Source: a bacterium
GTDB taxonomy: Bacteria > UBA8248
Direction of reading: 5' to 3'
Length of the DNA: 64,000 nt
NCBI GenBank assembly: GCA_965204535.1
Contig: CBDBEV010000001.1
Coordinates: 2,016,001 to 2,080,000 of the forward strand
Shown: positions 50,028 through 60,328 of the stretch, one piece after another
Position numbering within the stretch: position 1 is the first letter of the stretch
How the letters are laid out: each line of letters opens with the position of its first letter
Program-made: the position numbers and the translations under genes
The notes under the pieces: generated by a model
Told to the model about the DNA's origin: nothing
The model's input: only the letters and a program-made list of their open reading frames with translations
Databases searched by the model: none

Positions 50028-51206
50028 TTACAGCACTTCATCGTTACGAAGGCGCTCGATTTCGGGGGGCGGCATTCCCAGCCATTCGCCGAGTATTTTT
50101 TCGGTGTGTTCCCCCAGGGCAGGTCCCGTCCAGGCGATGTCGAGGGGTGTCTCCGACATTCTCGGAAAAGCGCCCTGCATGGGCACGGAGCCGAAATCCG
50201 CGTCCGGTACGTGGCGCACCAGGTTTCTCGCCTGAAAATGGGGGTCTGAGAGGATGTCTTCGATGTCGTAAACGGGGCTCGCCGTGACGCCACCCGCGTT
50301 GAATCTGTCCATATTTTCGTCGCAGCTATGTTTTCCTATGGCGTCGGCCACGATTTTGTCGAGCGCCTCCTGGTTCACGACGCGCGTCTCGTTGTTCATG
50401 AACCGCTCGTCGGTGATGATGTCTTCACGCCCCAGGGCGCGGGCGAGGCGCTCGTACATCGGCTGGGTGGAAGCGGAAATCGCGATCCACTTCCCGTCGG
50501 TTGTGGGATAAATGTTTCTGGGCGCCGAGTTTTCGGATCGGTTGCCCAGGCGCGGGCGCTTTTCCCCGTCAATGAGATAGCGGGCCGCCTGTGGGCCCAG
50601 AATCGTGAAAAGCGGCTCGTAAAGCGCCAGATCGATCACCTGCCCCTTGCCGCCCCCCAGGGCGTCGCGGTGGTAGAGCGCGAACATAGTGGAGGCGACG
50701 CCCTGGAGCGCGGCCGTCATGTCGGCGAGGGGCTGGGGAGGCGCCAGTGGTGGGGAGTCGGGAAATCCGTTCATGTCGGCGAAGCCGGACATCGCCTCCA
50801 CCAAAGTGCCGAAGCCCGGCCTGTCGCGGTAAGGGCCGTCCTGCCCCCATCCGGATATCCGGACGACGATGAGTCTCGGGTTCACTTCCCATAGCTCATC
50901 CGGCCCGAGCCCCCAGGATTCGAGTTTGCCGGCGAAAAAATTCTCGGCGAGAACGTCCGCATGAGCCGCCAGCTTTCGGATGAGGTCTTGCCCTCGCGAT
51001 GTGGCGAGGTTCACCGTGATGGATCGCTTTCCGCGGCCGTAGACCTTCCACCAATATGGATTCCAGGCTCGCAGCGTATCGCCGTGGCCCGGGGCTTCGA
51101 CCTTGACCACATCGGCGCCGGCGTCGGCCAGCAGCATGCCGTACATCCCGCCCGATACGAGGCGGGTCAGGTCCAATACTTTGACGCCCTCAAGGGGTCT
51201 GCTCAC
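50028..51206 (-). CDS. CoA-transferase family III (CaiB/BaiF)
   Basis: PLEGVKVLDL, GADVVKVE...GD..R, GKRSITVNL, SGWGQDGPY, PALGEHT. Confidence 0.93.
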   Translation of the reverse strand: MSRPLEGVKVLDLTRLVSGGMYGMLLADAGADVVKVEAPGHGDTLRAWNPYWWKVYGRGKRSITVNLATSRGQDLIRKLAAHADVLAENFFAGKLESWGLGPDELWEVNPRLIVVRISGWGQDGPYRDRPGFGTLVEAMSGFADMNGFPDSPPLAPPQPLADMTAALQGVASTMFALYHRDALGGGKGQVIDLALYEPLFTILGPQAARYLIDGEKRPRLGNRSENSAPRNIYPTTDGKWIAISASTQPMYERLARALGREDIITDERFMNNETRVVNQEALDKIVADAIGKHSCDENMDRFNAGGVTASPVYDIEDILSDPHFQARNLVRHVPDADFGSVPMQGAFPRMSETPLDIAWTGPALGEHTEKILGEWLGMPPPEIERLRNDEVL

Positions 51207-51259
51207 GGCTTTTTCTCCTGCCCGTTCAAATGAGTAGCCTTCATCTACTACTAACAGAA

Positions 51260-51988
51260 TCAATCTTTCAACGTGATCCACAAGGCGGCGTGATCGCTCG
51301 GCGGCCTCGGATTACCCGGCGGCCAATCGATGCGCGCGTCAAGCAGCCTGCCTTGCGCGCGGCGATTGATGAACGCGTGATCCAGCCGGAAGCTCCCTCC
51401 ACCGCCGGGCGCACGCCATGTATAGGCGCGTTTTTGACCGTGGACGCTGCGGTACGCATCCGCCCAGCCCGTTTTCGACATGGTGGTCATGAAATCGTCT
51501 TCGCGCCTGTTGAAGCATTTCACGCTTTCATCCTCGCCGATTCGCCCGGTGTTGAAATCACCCGCCACGATGGCGCCGCCACCGCGCCAGCGAAGCGCCA
51601 AATCCCGAATCGCATCCAGGAAGGGATATTTTTTTCCGCTGACTCGATTAAGTACGTGTACGGCGGCGATGGTGACGGGCGCGGGCGCGCGAACGTGTGC
51701 GAGGAGGCGGCGCTCTTCCGGTTGGGGCGGCCTTTTCCAGTGAATACGCTTGAGCGGCCAGCGCGAGGCGAGGAGAAGAGCGTTTTTAGGCGGTTGGCTT
51801 TTGGACGCCGTGCTCAGTTGGTGGGGCAACCCCAGTTCCCCGATGCGGGAGGCGATCTCCCGGCTGGGCGGGGTGCCACGAAACTCCGTCAGAATGACGA
51901 TACCGGGACTTCCACTACGGATGTACTCTGCGATGGCGGGTACCCGGCGACCGCCGCCGTGCATGATGTTCCAGATGAGAATTTTCAT
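51260..51988 (-). CDS. Endonuclease/exonuclease/phosphatase (ExoIII-like) protein
   Basis: MKILIWNI, LTE, GDFN, W.DAYR, YTW, RLDHAF, SDHA. Confidence 0.88.
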   Translation of the reverse strand: MKILIWNIMHGGGRRVPAIAEYIRSGSPGIVILTEFRGTPPSREIASRIGELGLPHQLSTASKSQPPKNALLLASRWPLKRIHWKRPPQPEERRLLAHVRAPAPVTIAAVHVLNRVSGKKYPFLDAIRDLALRWRGGGAIVAGDFNTGRIGEDESVKCFNRREDDFMTTMSKTGWADAYRSVHGQKRAYTWRAPGGGGSFRLDHAFINRRAQGRLLDARIDWPPGNPRPPSDHAALWITLKD

Positions 51989-52112
51989 GGCGAAGGGAGT
52001 GTAGCGGTAGTAATATGTCTGACGCCAATGGAGGTAGCGTGTCTCCATGAAAAATGAAAGCCGGAAGATGTCGAGCCCCGCCTGGGCGCCGACCCGGCGG
52101 GGAGGAATTTTT

Positions 52113-52655
52113 TTGAAACGGATATGTGTTTTCGCAGGATCATCGAAAGGGGTACGAACCGAATACCAGGAAGCGGCGCGAACCTTGGGCCATACTTTGG
52201 GCGCGCGTGGAATCGGCGTGGTGTATGGCGCAGGGGGTATCGGACTCATGGGCGTTCTGGCCGACGCCGTGCTCGAGAACGGAGGCGAGATCACCGGCGT
52301 GATTCCCGATAGGTTGATGGACATGGAAGTCGCCCATGAGGGGATCACCGAACTTCGCGTCGTACGCACGATGCACGAGAGAAAAGCGTTGATGGCGGAA
52401 CTGTCCGATGGCTTCGTCGCGCTGCCGGGCGGACTCGGCACGCTCGAGGAGACCATGGAGATGCTCACATGGCTTCAACTCGGGTACCACGACAAGCCCG
52501 TCGGCCTGCTCAACATTCGCGGCTATTATGATCCTTTGCTGGCGTTTTTTCGCCACATGAACGAAGAAGGTTTCATCTCGGAGAAAATCCTGCATTCCTT
52601 CACGGTCGACGACACGCCCGAGGGACTGATGCGGCGGATGCTTACTCCCAGGTAA
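52113..52655 (+). CDS. LOG-family nucleotide phosphoribohydrolase (TIGR00730)
   Basis: ICVFAGSS, YGAG..GLMG, MHERK, PGGLGTLEE; TTG start after GGAGG. Confidence 0.93.
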   Translation: MKRICVFAGSSKGVRTEYQEAARTLGHTLGARGIGVVYGAGGIGLMGVLADAVLENGGEITGVIPDRLMDMEVAHEGITELRVVRTMHERKALMAELSDGFVALPGGLGTLEETMEMLTWLQLGYHDKPVGLLNIRGYYDPLLAFFRHMNEEGFISEKILHSFTVDDTPEGLMRRMLTPR

Positions 52656-53316
52656 GCGCGGCGAGGTAGCCCATACCCTCATCCAGCGCTACTTTTGCCT
52701 CGATTCCCTGCGCTTGTTTATGCGCCTGGATGGTTTTGAGGTGGGCGTATCCCTCCCAGAGCACATGGCGAAAAGTCCACTCCAGGTTGTAGTGGAAGAC
52801 GTTGTCTTTTTTCTCGTCTCGCCAAAAGCCATCGGGGTGGATTTTGAGCACCACGTTTTCAATCCAGTCGATATACCGATCGCCGGAGGGCCATTCGTAG
52901 TTTCGAGGAACTTCTCTGATTTTGGTTTTTTCCCGTAGTGATTCTCTGGTTTCGTTTTTCAGAATGTCCAACGCCAATCGGCAGCCGTCTTCATAAGCTG
53001 CGAGCAAATCGCCAATCTCATGAAATCTTTCGGGATCGAGGAGACGATCCGCACCACCCGTGTCGTATAGAGATTTCGGCCTCGGCAAGTCTTCTCCGAA
53101 CAAGGATTTTCCCCAGACCTGCAAGAACCACCTGTAATTCACATAACCCATGTGGCTGACCTGCTCGCGGATCGACCACATGCCCCAGCTTTTCCCGGGT
53201 TGTTTTTTATCGAGTTGCTCCCCGGTGAGACCCTCCACCTCACGGGTGTACATCTCGGGCAGCAGGGCGTATTCGGGGAAAATTTCCGCAGCGGGTCTTG
53301 AAGCATCTAGAGACAT
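52642..53316 (-). CDS. DinB/YfiT-like protein
   Basis: WSIREQVSHM ... RHVLWEGYAHL helical-bundle His motifs. Confidence 0.75.
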   Translation of the reverse strand: MSLDASRPAAEIFPEYALLPEMYTREVEGLTGEQLDKKQPGKSWGMWSIREQVSHMGYVNYRWFLQVWGKSLFGEDLPRPKSLYDTGGADRLLDPERFHEIGDLLAAYEDGCRLALDILKNETRESLREKTKIREVPRNYEWPSGDRYIDWIENVVLKIHPDGFWRDEKKDNVFHYNLEWTFRHVLWEGYAHLKTIQAHKQAQGIEAKVALDEGMGYLAALTWE

Positions 53317-53462
53317 GGTGAATATCCTCAAATGGGAACGGAGTTGAAAATATATCATGCGGCATTCGGTTCTGCTTGGGCCTGCTGATTTCAGTCGGAG
53401 ACTTCTCGTGCCATAATGAAAATCTATCGCTTCGATACATCCCTCTGTCGCTTGGATAGCCT

Positions 53463-54347
53463 TTGATCGAGTCACTCCCTCCGGTTTTTTTGTCTTTTTT
53501 GTCCGCTGTCTTTTTGGCAGTCACGCATACAATTTATCGAGGCGCTCTTCAGTGGATAGGGCCGAAGGCTATCACCTTTGTGACCAATTTAACGCTGGTA
53601 ACTTACGCTTCGACCATATACATACTGGGTGCGGGTCTCGAAAAATGGCCTCTGGTGGGGATTTTCTGGTTCGTGCTGGCGGGGCTTTGCTCTCATTTCC
53701 TGTCGAGAAACCTGAACTTCATCTCGGCCACCCTCATCGGAATGGCGCGCTCCCAGATTTTTCTGCAGGTCCATCCCATATGGAGCGCTTTGCTGGCCAT
53801 GCTCCTTTTCGGCGAGACGATTAATTTCCCGATCGCCCTGGGTACTTTCGCCATCGTGTTGGGCGCGATACTCCTTGTGCAGGAGAGAGGGGCAGGCGGC
53901 AAACGAGCGCCCTTTTTATATTATCTCCTTCCGATTCTCGCGGCCTTTTTCTTCTCCTTCGCCCCGCCCTTGCGAAAGCTCGCTTTTCAGACGATTCCCT
54001 CACCCGCTTTCGGCATCGCCACCACGGCGTTCACGGGTGCGCTTCTCCAACTCGGTTCCATCCCTTTTGTGGAAAATCATGAACTCAACCCCAGGACCTG
54101 GAATCAAAAGAGCCTATGCCTGGTTCTTATCGGAGGGGTTTTCAACATCATATCGGCGTACTGCTTTTGGCTCGCCATCAAGAACGGAAAGCTCATTGAG
54201 GTGATCCCGATAAACCGGCTCTCCATTTTATTCTTGATCTTGTTTTCCTGGGTTTTTTATCAAAGGCTTGAGCGCATCAATTTGCGCGTGATCGCCGGAG
54301 GGGTGCTTGCCGTGGAGGGCGCCGTGCTGATCCTATTGGGCAGGTAG
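53463..54347 (+). CDS. EamA/DMT family transporter
   Basis: About 10 TM in two repeats; P.WS.LLA...GE; VIPINR. Confidence 0.85.
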   Translation: MIESLPPVFLSFLSAVFLAVTHTIYRGALQWIGPKAITFVTNLTLVTYASTIYILGAGLEKWPLVGIFWFVLAGLCSHFLSRNLNFISATLIGMARSQIFLQVHPIWSALLAMLLFGETINFPIALGTFAIVLGAILLVQERGAGGKRAPFLYYLLPILAAFFFSFAPPLRKLAFQTIPSPAFGIATTAFTGALLQLGSIPFVENHELNPRTWNQKSLCLVLIGGVFNIISAYCFWLAIKNGKLIEVIPINRLSILFLILFSWVFYQRLERINLRVIAGGVLAVEGAVLILLGR

Positions 54348-54497
54348 GTGCTCATACGCCCGGCACTGGATCGCCATTTATTTGAAAAAGGCGAGGGATG
54401 ACACTGTGCATGTCTATCGATTCATTCGCTTGTGTGATGGATTTAGTCGTCCTCATAGAGTCTTTTTCCCGGGCGCTTTTCGGGTTGGGTTTTCGAC

Positions 54498-55379
54498 ATG
54501 TTGAATTTTATCGTAGACGCACCGCCGGAGTTTCGTGCTTTACTGGGCGCCTTTTTGTTCGCGTGTAATCAAATTCTCGTTCGCAGATTGCTCGAGCGGG
54601 CTTCGGCGCTCACGATCATCTTTTGGGTGAATGGATGGATGGCGGTTATCGCCGTCGTTTTCTCGCCATCGTTCGATATTTATGAAGGCGATTGGGTGGT
54701 GGCTCTTATCTTGTATCTCATCACCGGCTTGGTGGGGAATCTCGTAGCCCGCTACAGTGCCCTTCGCTCGAGCGAGTACGTCGGGGTGAGCAGGACGAAC
54801 GCGCTCGTGGCGGCGACTCCCATCGGTTCGGCGTTGATGGGCGTGGTGATTCTGGGCGAGCGCCCGGACGCCGGCGTCTGGTTGGGTATCATGCTCATCG
54901 TCATCGGGATGATCGGGCTCACCGGTGAGCGGGGAGAAGGGGGGTATTCGTTGAAGCGTTACACTTTCGCCTTCATCGCGATGGCGGCGTTCAGCGTCAC
55001 GCCCTATCTCCGAAAAGCCGGACTGGCCGCCATGAATGCGCCCTGGCTGGGAATTCTGGTGGCCACGCTGATAGCCAACGTGGGTTTGTTGGCTTCCTCG
55101 TCCTTCGCCTCGAAAGCCCAGAAATTTCAGTGGAACATGCAGATCGCGGTAGCTTGCATTCCGGCAGGCATGTTTGCGATCTTCTCCGCCGTGCTGTTCT
55201 GGACCTCGCTGCGCGACGGGCAACTCGCGGTGATTTCCCCGCTCGTTCGTATGACCCCCATATTCGTTCTTTTGCTCTCGGTGGTGCTGCTGCGCGACCT
55301 GGAAGTCATCACGAAACGCTTGGTGGTGGGAACGCTCATCGTCGTGGCGGGGGCCGTTTTGGTGACCTCGGGCGGTTAA
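54498..55379 (+). CDS. EamA/DMT family transporter
   Basis: About 10 TM in two repeats; GVSR...TPI...LGE; ISPL...PIFVL. Confidence 0.87.
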   Translation: MLNFIVDAPPEFRALLGAFLFACNQILVRRLLERASALTIIFWVNGWMAVIAVVFSPSFDIYEGDWVVALILYLITGLVGNLVARYSALRSSEYVGVSRTNALVAATPIGSALMGVVILGERPDAGVWLGIMLIVIGMIGLTGERGEGGYSLKRYTFAFIAMAAFSVTPYLRKAGLAAMNAPWLGILVATLIANVGLLASSSFASKAQKFQWNMQIAVACIPAGMFAIFSAVLFWTSLRDGQLAVISPLVRMTPIFVLLLSVVLLRDLEVITKRLVVGTLIVVAGAVLVTSGG

Positions 55380-55538
55380 TTCTTTATGCGCGCGCCCGAA
55401 AATCGGGATTTTGGTTTGACCGGGGTCGTTTGTCTCTGCGAGAATGAATAAGTCTTCATCAATTCAAATAAGTGTTTTCCGTATCAGGATTCATGAGATG
55501 AGATACGGGAAACCCTACCAGAAAATCGTGGGGGCGCG

Positions 55539-56018
55539 ATGAAAATACTCAAGATCATTCCCGAAAAATGTACGGGCTGTATGCGGTGCGAACTCGCTTG
55601 CTCATACGAGCAGACGGGGACGTTTCAGCCCTCGAAAGCGGTAATCCGGGTTTCTGCTTTCGAAGGTCATACGAGCTATGCGCCTTATACCTGTCCGCAG
55701 TGTGACGAGGCATGGTGCCTGACGGCGTGTCCGGTCGAGGCGATCGGCATCTCGCCGGCCGGGGCGAAAGACGTGGCGGATGACATTTGCGTGGGCTGCA
55801 AGCTCTGCACCATCGCGTGTCCCTATGGAACGATGTTCTACGACATCGATACCCACAAGGCGTTTAAGTGCGACTTGTGCGGTGGGAACCCCGCGTGCGC
55901 GTCCGTATGCCCTACCGACGCGATCGTTTTTGAGGAGGCCGATAAGACCGACTGGGTCGGGCCCTTTGCCGCGGAGCGGGCGAAATCACCCGCCGGTCCG
56001 CTTGCGGGGGTGCTCTGA
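55539..56018 (+). CDS. 4Fe-4S polyferredoxin subunit (AorA/DmsB-like)
   Basis: Four Cys clusters: CTGCMRCELAC, CPQC....C...CP, CVGCKLCTIACP, CDLC.....C...CP. Confidence 0.93.
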   Translation: MKILKIIPEKCTGCMRCELACSYEQTGTFQPSKAVIRVSAFEGHTSYAPYTCPQCDEAWCLTACPVEAIGISPAGAKDVADDICVGCKLCTIACPYGTMFYDIDTHKAFKCDLCGGNPACASVCPTDAIVFEEADKTDWVGPFAAERAKSPAGPLAGVL

Positions 56019-56020
56019 TT

Positions 56021-57343
56021 ATGGCCAGACACGTCATCGTGGGCGGTGGCACCGCCGGCTGGAACGCCATCACCACACTCAGGGAACTGGATAAAGGCGA
56101 GTCCGAGATCGTCCTCGTCGCGGACGAGACGCCGTATTCGCGGATGGTGTTGCCTTATTATCTGGCGCGCGACATCGCGGAATCACACGTCTACATCGCA
56201 TCACCCCCCAAGCTCGCCGCGTTGAATGTGGATGCGAGGCTCGGCGCACGGGCCGAGAGAATCGACGCATCCGCAAGCAAACTCATCCTCGAGGGGGGCG
56301 ATGAGATTGAATACGACAATCTCTTGATCGCCACTGGCTCCTCTGCTGTGAAAGCCCCCGTGCCCGGCGCGGACGGGAAAAACGTGCACAGCTTCTGGAC
56401 GTTTCCCCAGGCGCGCGCCGTGGCGTCCGGCGTAGGCGAAGGCGCCCGCGTCGCGATGATCGGCGCGGGATTCATCGCCTTCACGATTCTGAACGCCTTG
56501 GTGAATCAGGGCGTGAAGCTCACCGTCGTGGAACTCGAATCGCGCATCCTGCCGCGCATGATAGACGATACGGGCGCCGGAATCGTTCAGGATTGGCTGA
56601 ACGACCGGGGCGTGGAAGTGAGGACCTCGACGCAAGTGACCTCCATTGAGGACAAAGGGGATGCGAAACTCCTCAAATTCAAGGAAGGTCCCGATCTGGA
56701 AGTCGACCTGGTCATCATGGCCACGGGCATCAAGCCCAACATCGACTGGGTGGCGGACAGCGGCCTCGAGACCAACCAGGGTATTCTGGTGGACGAGCAT
56801 TGCCGAACGAACGTGGCGAACATCTACGCGGCGGGAGATATCGCGGAAGGCCCCGACGCGGTCACTGGCGAGAAGGTCGTGCACGCCATCGAACCTACCG
56901 CCATGCAGCATGGCCGCGTGGCGGCGGCCAACATGGCCGGCCAGGAGGTCGCCTACAAGGGCAGTCTGCTCATGAACATCGTGGACGTTCTCGATATGGA
57001 GATCGCGAGCTTCGGCGCCTGGGACGACCCGGACGCCGAAGTCTTCGAGGCCGTGCGGGCGGAGCGGCCCGCCTACAGGAAACTCCTGTTCCACGGCGGG
57101 AGGCTGACCGGCGCGATCATCCTGGGCAAAACCCGGGAAATCTGGACGACGAACGACGTGGGGATGCTAAAAGGCCTCGTGTACACGGGGGTGGACATCT
57201 CGGAATGGAAAGAACATTTGCGCAATAATCCGTTTGATGTCAAACGCGCGTTTTTGGCCTCGGGCGCCGCGGGCGGCCTGCTGCCGGAAACCGTTTTGGG
57301 GCGTCCGTCGATATCTGCGCATGAAATTGCCATTTCTTCATAA
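56021..57343 (+). CDS. FAD/NAD(P)-dependent oxidoreductase subunit (AorC-like)
   Basis: VGGGTAG, LIATGS, IGAGFI, YAAGD. Confidence 0.88.
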   Translation: MARHVIVGGGTAGWNAITTLRELDKGESEIVLVADETPYSRMVLPYYLARDIAESHVYIASPPKLAALNVDARLGARAERIDASASKLILEGGDEIEYDNLLIATGSSAVKAPVPGADGKNVHSFWTFPQARAVASGVGEGARVAMIGAGFIAFTILNALVNQGVKLTVVELESRILPRMIDDTGAGIVQDWLNDRGVEVRTSTQVTSIEDKGDAKLLKFKEGPDLEVDLVIMATGIKPNIDWVADSGLETNQGILVDEHCRTNVANIYAAGDIAEGPDAVTGEKVVHAIEPTAMQHGRVAAANMAGQEVAYKGSLLMNIVDVLDMEIASFGAWDDPDAEVFEAVRAERPAYRKLLFHGGRLTGAIILGKTREIWTTNDVGMLKGLVYTGVDISEWKEHLRNNPFDVKRAFLASGAAGGLLPETVLGRPSISAHEIAISS

Positions 57344-57360
57344 ACAAGGGGGTCGATGCC

Positions 57361-59232
57361 TTGACTGATTACGCATATGCAGGAGAAATCCTCCGGGTCG
57401 ATCTCTCGAGCGGAAAGACCTGGGGAGAGAAATTCGATGTCGCCGACCGCAGAAAATGGGTAGGCGGCGCGGGCCTGGGCGCCAAGATTCTGTGGGAGGA
57501 AGTGCCGCCCGAAGTGGGTTGGGATCACCCCGAAAACCGGCTCGTTCTGGCCACGGGCCCCCTGGCGGGTCTGCCGGTCTGGGGGACGGGCGGGCTTACC
57601 GTGGTGACCCGGGGTGCGATGACCAACGGCGCGACCAACACCCAGGCGAACGGTTTTTTCGGCGCGAACATCAAGTATTGCGGCTATGACGCCATCGTGT
57701 TCCAGGGAGAGTCGTCCGATTGGGTCTATCTCCACATTAGCGATGACGGGGTGGAGCTTCGCGACGCCTCCGGGTTGCTGGGCCAGGACACCTGGGAGAC
57801 GCAGCAATCGCTTGAGAAGACGCTGAATCTGAGCGGCCACAATTTGAGCGTCTACAGCATCGGGCCCGCGGGCGAGAACCTCGTGCGCTTCTCCGCCATA
57901 CAGGGCGATTACGGCCACGTGGCGAGCAAGAACGGCTGCGGCGCCGTCATGGGCAAGAAAAAGGTGAAGGCGGTGGCTATCGAGCGCGGAACGAAGGGAG
58001 TCGCCGCCGCGCATCCCAAGGCGCTATTCGCCGCGGCGGACGACATCGCCCACAGCTTACAGACCGATCCCTCCACCAAGGGGTTGTACCTGTACGGCAC
58101 TCTCGGCGGCGTCCGGAACTTACAGGGCATGGGGGCGCTCCCGATTCGGAACTACACGACGAACGTATGGCCCGAGGAAGTCGAAACGAAGCAATGGGAG
58201 GCCAACGGCCTGCGCGAGGGTTTCGACCACCGGGGTCATCAGTGCAGTGCGTGCGGCATGCACCATTGCCACATGCAGGTCATCTCCTCCGGCCCCTATA
58301 AGGGGCAGGTGGTGGATGAGCCCGAATACGAGGGTTGGTCGGGTGCGGGCTGGACGATTGGCGCCACGGACCCGCAACAGGTCACCTGGATGAACACCCA
58401 GCTCGATCGCGCCTGTGTGGACGTGAACGAGTTCGGCTGGCTCTGCGGCTGGGTGATGGAGTGCCAGCAAAAAGGCTATATCACGGATCAGGACCTCGGC
58501 TTCCGCTTGGAATGGGGCGATATCGACGGAGCGAACAGGTTGCTCGAGATGATCTGCAAGCGCGAGGGCATGGGCGACTTGCTGGCCGAGGGAACGAAGC
58601 TCGCGGCGGAGAAACTAGGCGGCGAGGCGCAGGATTGCGCCATTTACACGGAAGTCGGCAATTCCCCGAGGGGGCACGACCACCGCTCCCGCTGGGAGGA
58701 GATGATCGATACCTGCACGGGTTCGGGCGGAACGATGGATACGGCTCCCCCGGTGTTCCCGACGGATTACGGTCTGCCCGCACGTGTGCACCCCCAGGAC
58801 GCGGTAGAGGTGCCCAAGCATGTGGGCGGCCTCAGGGGACGACGCGCGTATGAGGATTCTCTGGGGGCGTGCGTCTTTACTACGCGCGCGCCGATGGACG
58901 TTTTGTGCCGATCCATTCAGGCGGCTACCGGATGGGACGTGGACAAGGATGAAGCGATGCAGACCGGCCGGCGCATCAACGCCTTGATGCGCGCGTTCAA
59001 CTTGCGCTGCGGCATTGGGCCTGAAGTCGAGAAACCATCCAAACGATACGGTTCCACGCCGGTGGATGGGCCAATCGCGGGCGTCTCGATCATGGAGCAA
59101 TGGGAGAAAATGCTCGATATATGGTACGAGACGACCGGCTACGACAGGGAGACGGGCCGCCCCAAGCCCGAGCTTTTGCGCGAACTTGATCTGGAAGATG
59201 TCGCCGAGGCGCTATGGGGTGCGAACGTATAG
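57361..59232 (+). CDS. Aldehyde:ferredoxin oxidoreductase family (tungstopterin WOR) catalytic subunit
   Basis: ILRVDLS, GG.GLG, SIGPAGEN.VRF, GCGAVMG.K..KA, CSAC...C, EPEYE, EG.GDLLAEG, DSLGAC.F. Confidence 0.93.
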   Translation: MTDYAYAGEILRVDLSSGKTWGEKFDVADRRKWVGGAGLGAKILWEEVPPEVGWDHPENRLVLATGPLAGLPVWGTGGLTVVTRGAMTNGATNTQANGFFGANIKYCGYDAIVFQGESSDWVYLHISDDGVELRDASGLLGQDTWETQQSLEKTLNLSGHNLSVYSIGPAGENLVRFSAIQGDYGHVASKNGCGAVMGKKKVKAVAIERGTKGVAAAHPKALFAAADDIAHSLQTDPSTKGLYLYGTLGGVRNLQGMGALPIRNYTTNVWPEEVETKQWEANGLREGFDHRGHQCSACGMHHCHMQVISSGPYKGQVVDEPEYEGWSGAGWTIGATDPQQVTWMNTQLDRACVDVNEFGWLCGWVMECQQKGYITDQDLGFRLEWGDIDGANRLLEMICKREGMGDLLAEGTKLAAEKLGGEAQDCAIYTEVGNSPRGHDHRSRWEEMIDTCTGSGGTMDTAPPVFPTDYGLPARVHPQDAVEVPKHVGGLRGRRAYEDSLGACVFTTRAPMDVLCRSIQAATGWDVDKDEAMQTGRRINALMRAFNLRCGIGPEVEKPSKRYGSTPVDGPIAGVSIMEQWEKMLDIWYETTGYDRETGRPKPELLRELDLEDVAEALWGANV

Positions 59233-59259
59233 CTCACCTTGGAGACAGGGGATGACGCG

Positions 59260-59586
59260 ATGAGCGAGACGAAAAGCGTCAAGGGAATTTGCGTCCGGCT
59301 GGAGTTCATCTCCTGGGCGTCGACTTTCGTGGGCGGTGACGGAAACGAGCGAAAGGTTTTCGATGAGGAAGTCCCCGAAGGCGCCACGCTTCGCGACGTC
59401 CTCAAAAAGATGAGCCGACGCTACAGGTCTCTGGATGAAGCGCTTTGGCACAACGGAACCGGCCAGCTGGCCGAACACCTCGAAATTGCCGTGAATGATG
59501 CGCTCCTGGGCATACACCACACGCTCGATTCCGAGATGAAAGAGGGAGACCTCGTCCTCTTGATGGGACAATACATGGGGGGATAA
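59260..59586 (+). CDS. MoaD/ThiS-family sulfur carrier
   Basis: Ubiquitin-like size; IAVN...LDSEMKEGDLV; C-terminal GG. Confidence 0.88.
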   Translation: MSETKSVKGICVRLEFISWASTFVGGDGNERKVFDEEVPEGATLRDVLKKMSRRYRSLDEALWHNGTGQLAEHLEIAVNDALLGIHHTLDSEMKEGDLVLLMGQYMGG

Positions 59587-59694
59587 ACGAATAACGTCTT
59601 TCGGTATCTACAAAGTTTCCCTGCTCATAAGTCTGGGCATCTGCCTTTAGAACTTCCGAAAAAGCTTTGTATCTGTTTCCTTGAAATAGTCGAG

Positions 59695-60159
59695 TTAAAA
59701 CGGATGATTCGGGTCGAGCATTCCTAAAAATTCACTACAGCGTTTCGTCTCGGCAGATTCTCCGATGGCGTCGGCGCATTGCGCCAAGCCATGAATGGCG
59801 CGCAAAAACGGCTGATTGGCGGGGATTTCCCAGGGGATGCGCCCATCGCCGCGCCAGCCCGAGGCGCGGGCCTTGTCCAGCCCCCTGTGATAGGCGACCC
59901 GAAAGTAGGCGTATGCGCTAATCGTCTCTTCGTTTGCAAGCGCAATCCGCCCCATGGCCACCCAGCCGGACAGGGCGTCCGGGTATCGAGCCACGAGACT
60001 TTGCAGTTTCTCCATATATAGCCTGCGGTTTTCTTCGCTCGATAAAATGGCATCGCAAAGCGAATCCAGCGCGCCGAGTTCTTCCGGTTCAGGTGGAAGC
60101 GCTGTCCTGGGCACTCCATCCGAGGAGATGTCGAGCAAATCATCGGTTTCATTCGGCAT
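59695..60159 (-). CDS. DUF3151-family protein
   Basis: AYAYFRVAYHRGLD..R..GWRG.G..PW....N..FLRA...IGE..E..RC..FL signature. Confidence 0.8.
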   Translation of the reverse strand: MPNETDDLLDISSDGVPRTALPPEPEELGALDSLCDAILSSEENRRLYMEKLQSLVARYPDALSGWVAMGRIALANEETISAYAYFRVAYHRGLDKARASGWRGDGRIPWEIPANQPFLRAIHGLAQCADAIGESAETKRCSEFLGMLDPNHPF

Positions 60160-60234
60160 TATCCATTCCTTTTCGTGAAGTTTCTGAATGTCATTATACC
60201 TTTTGCGTCATGATGGCACATTTGTCATTTGATA

Positions 60235-60263
60235 TTGACGTCCCGAGGTCGGTTTGTTAGCTT
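60235..60263 (+). promoter_or_regulatory. Putative sigma70 promoter for glyA
   Basis: TTGACG - 17 bp - TAGCTT with an extended-10 TG. Confidence 0.4.
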
Positions 60264-60328
60264 CAATCCGCCCGAGATGTTCCGTAACATTCCCCACGCC
60301 TGAATAAAAAGTCTGGAGGTCCCACTCG

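Noticed and set aside
60160-60328. ZTP or other riboswitch upstream of glyA
   Set aside because: Apart from a short CGCCTG, the conserved ZTP elements are not visible and the leader is short; an Infernal/Rfam scan would settle it.
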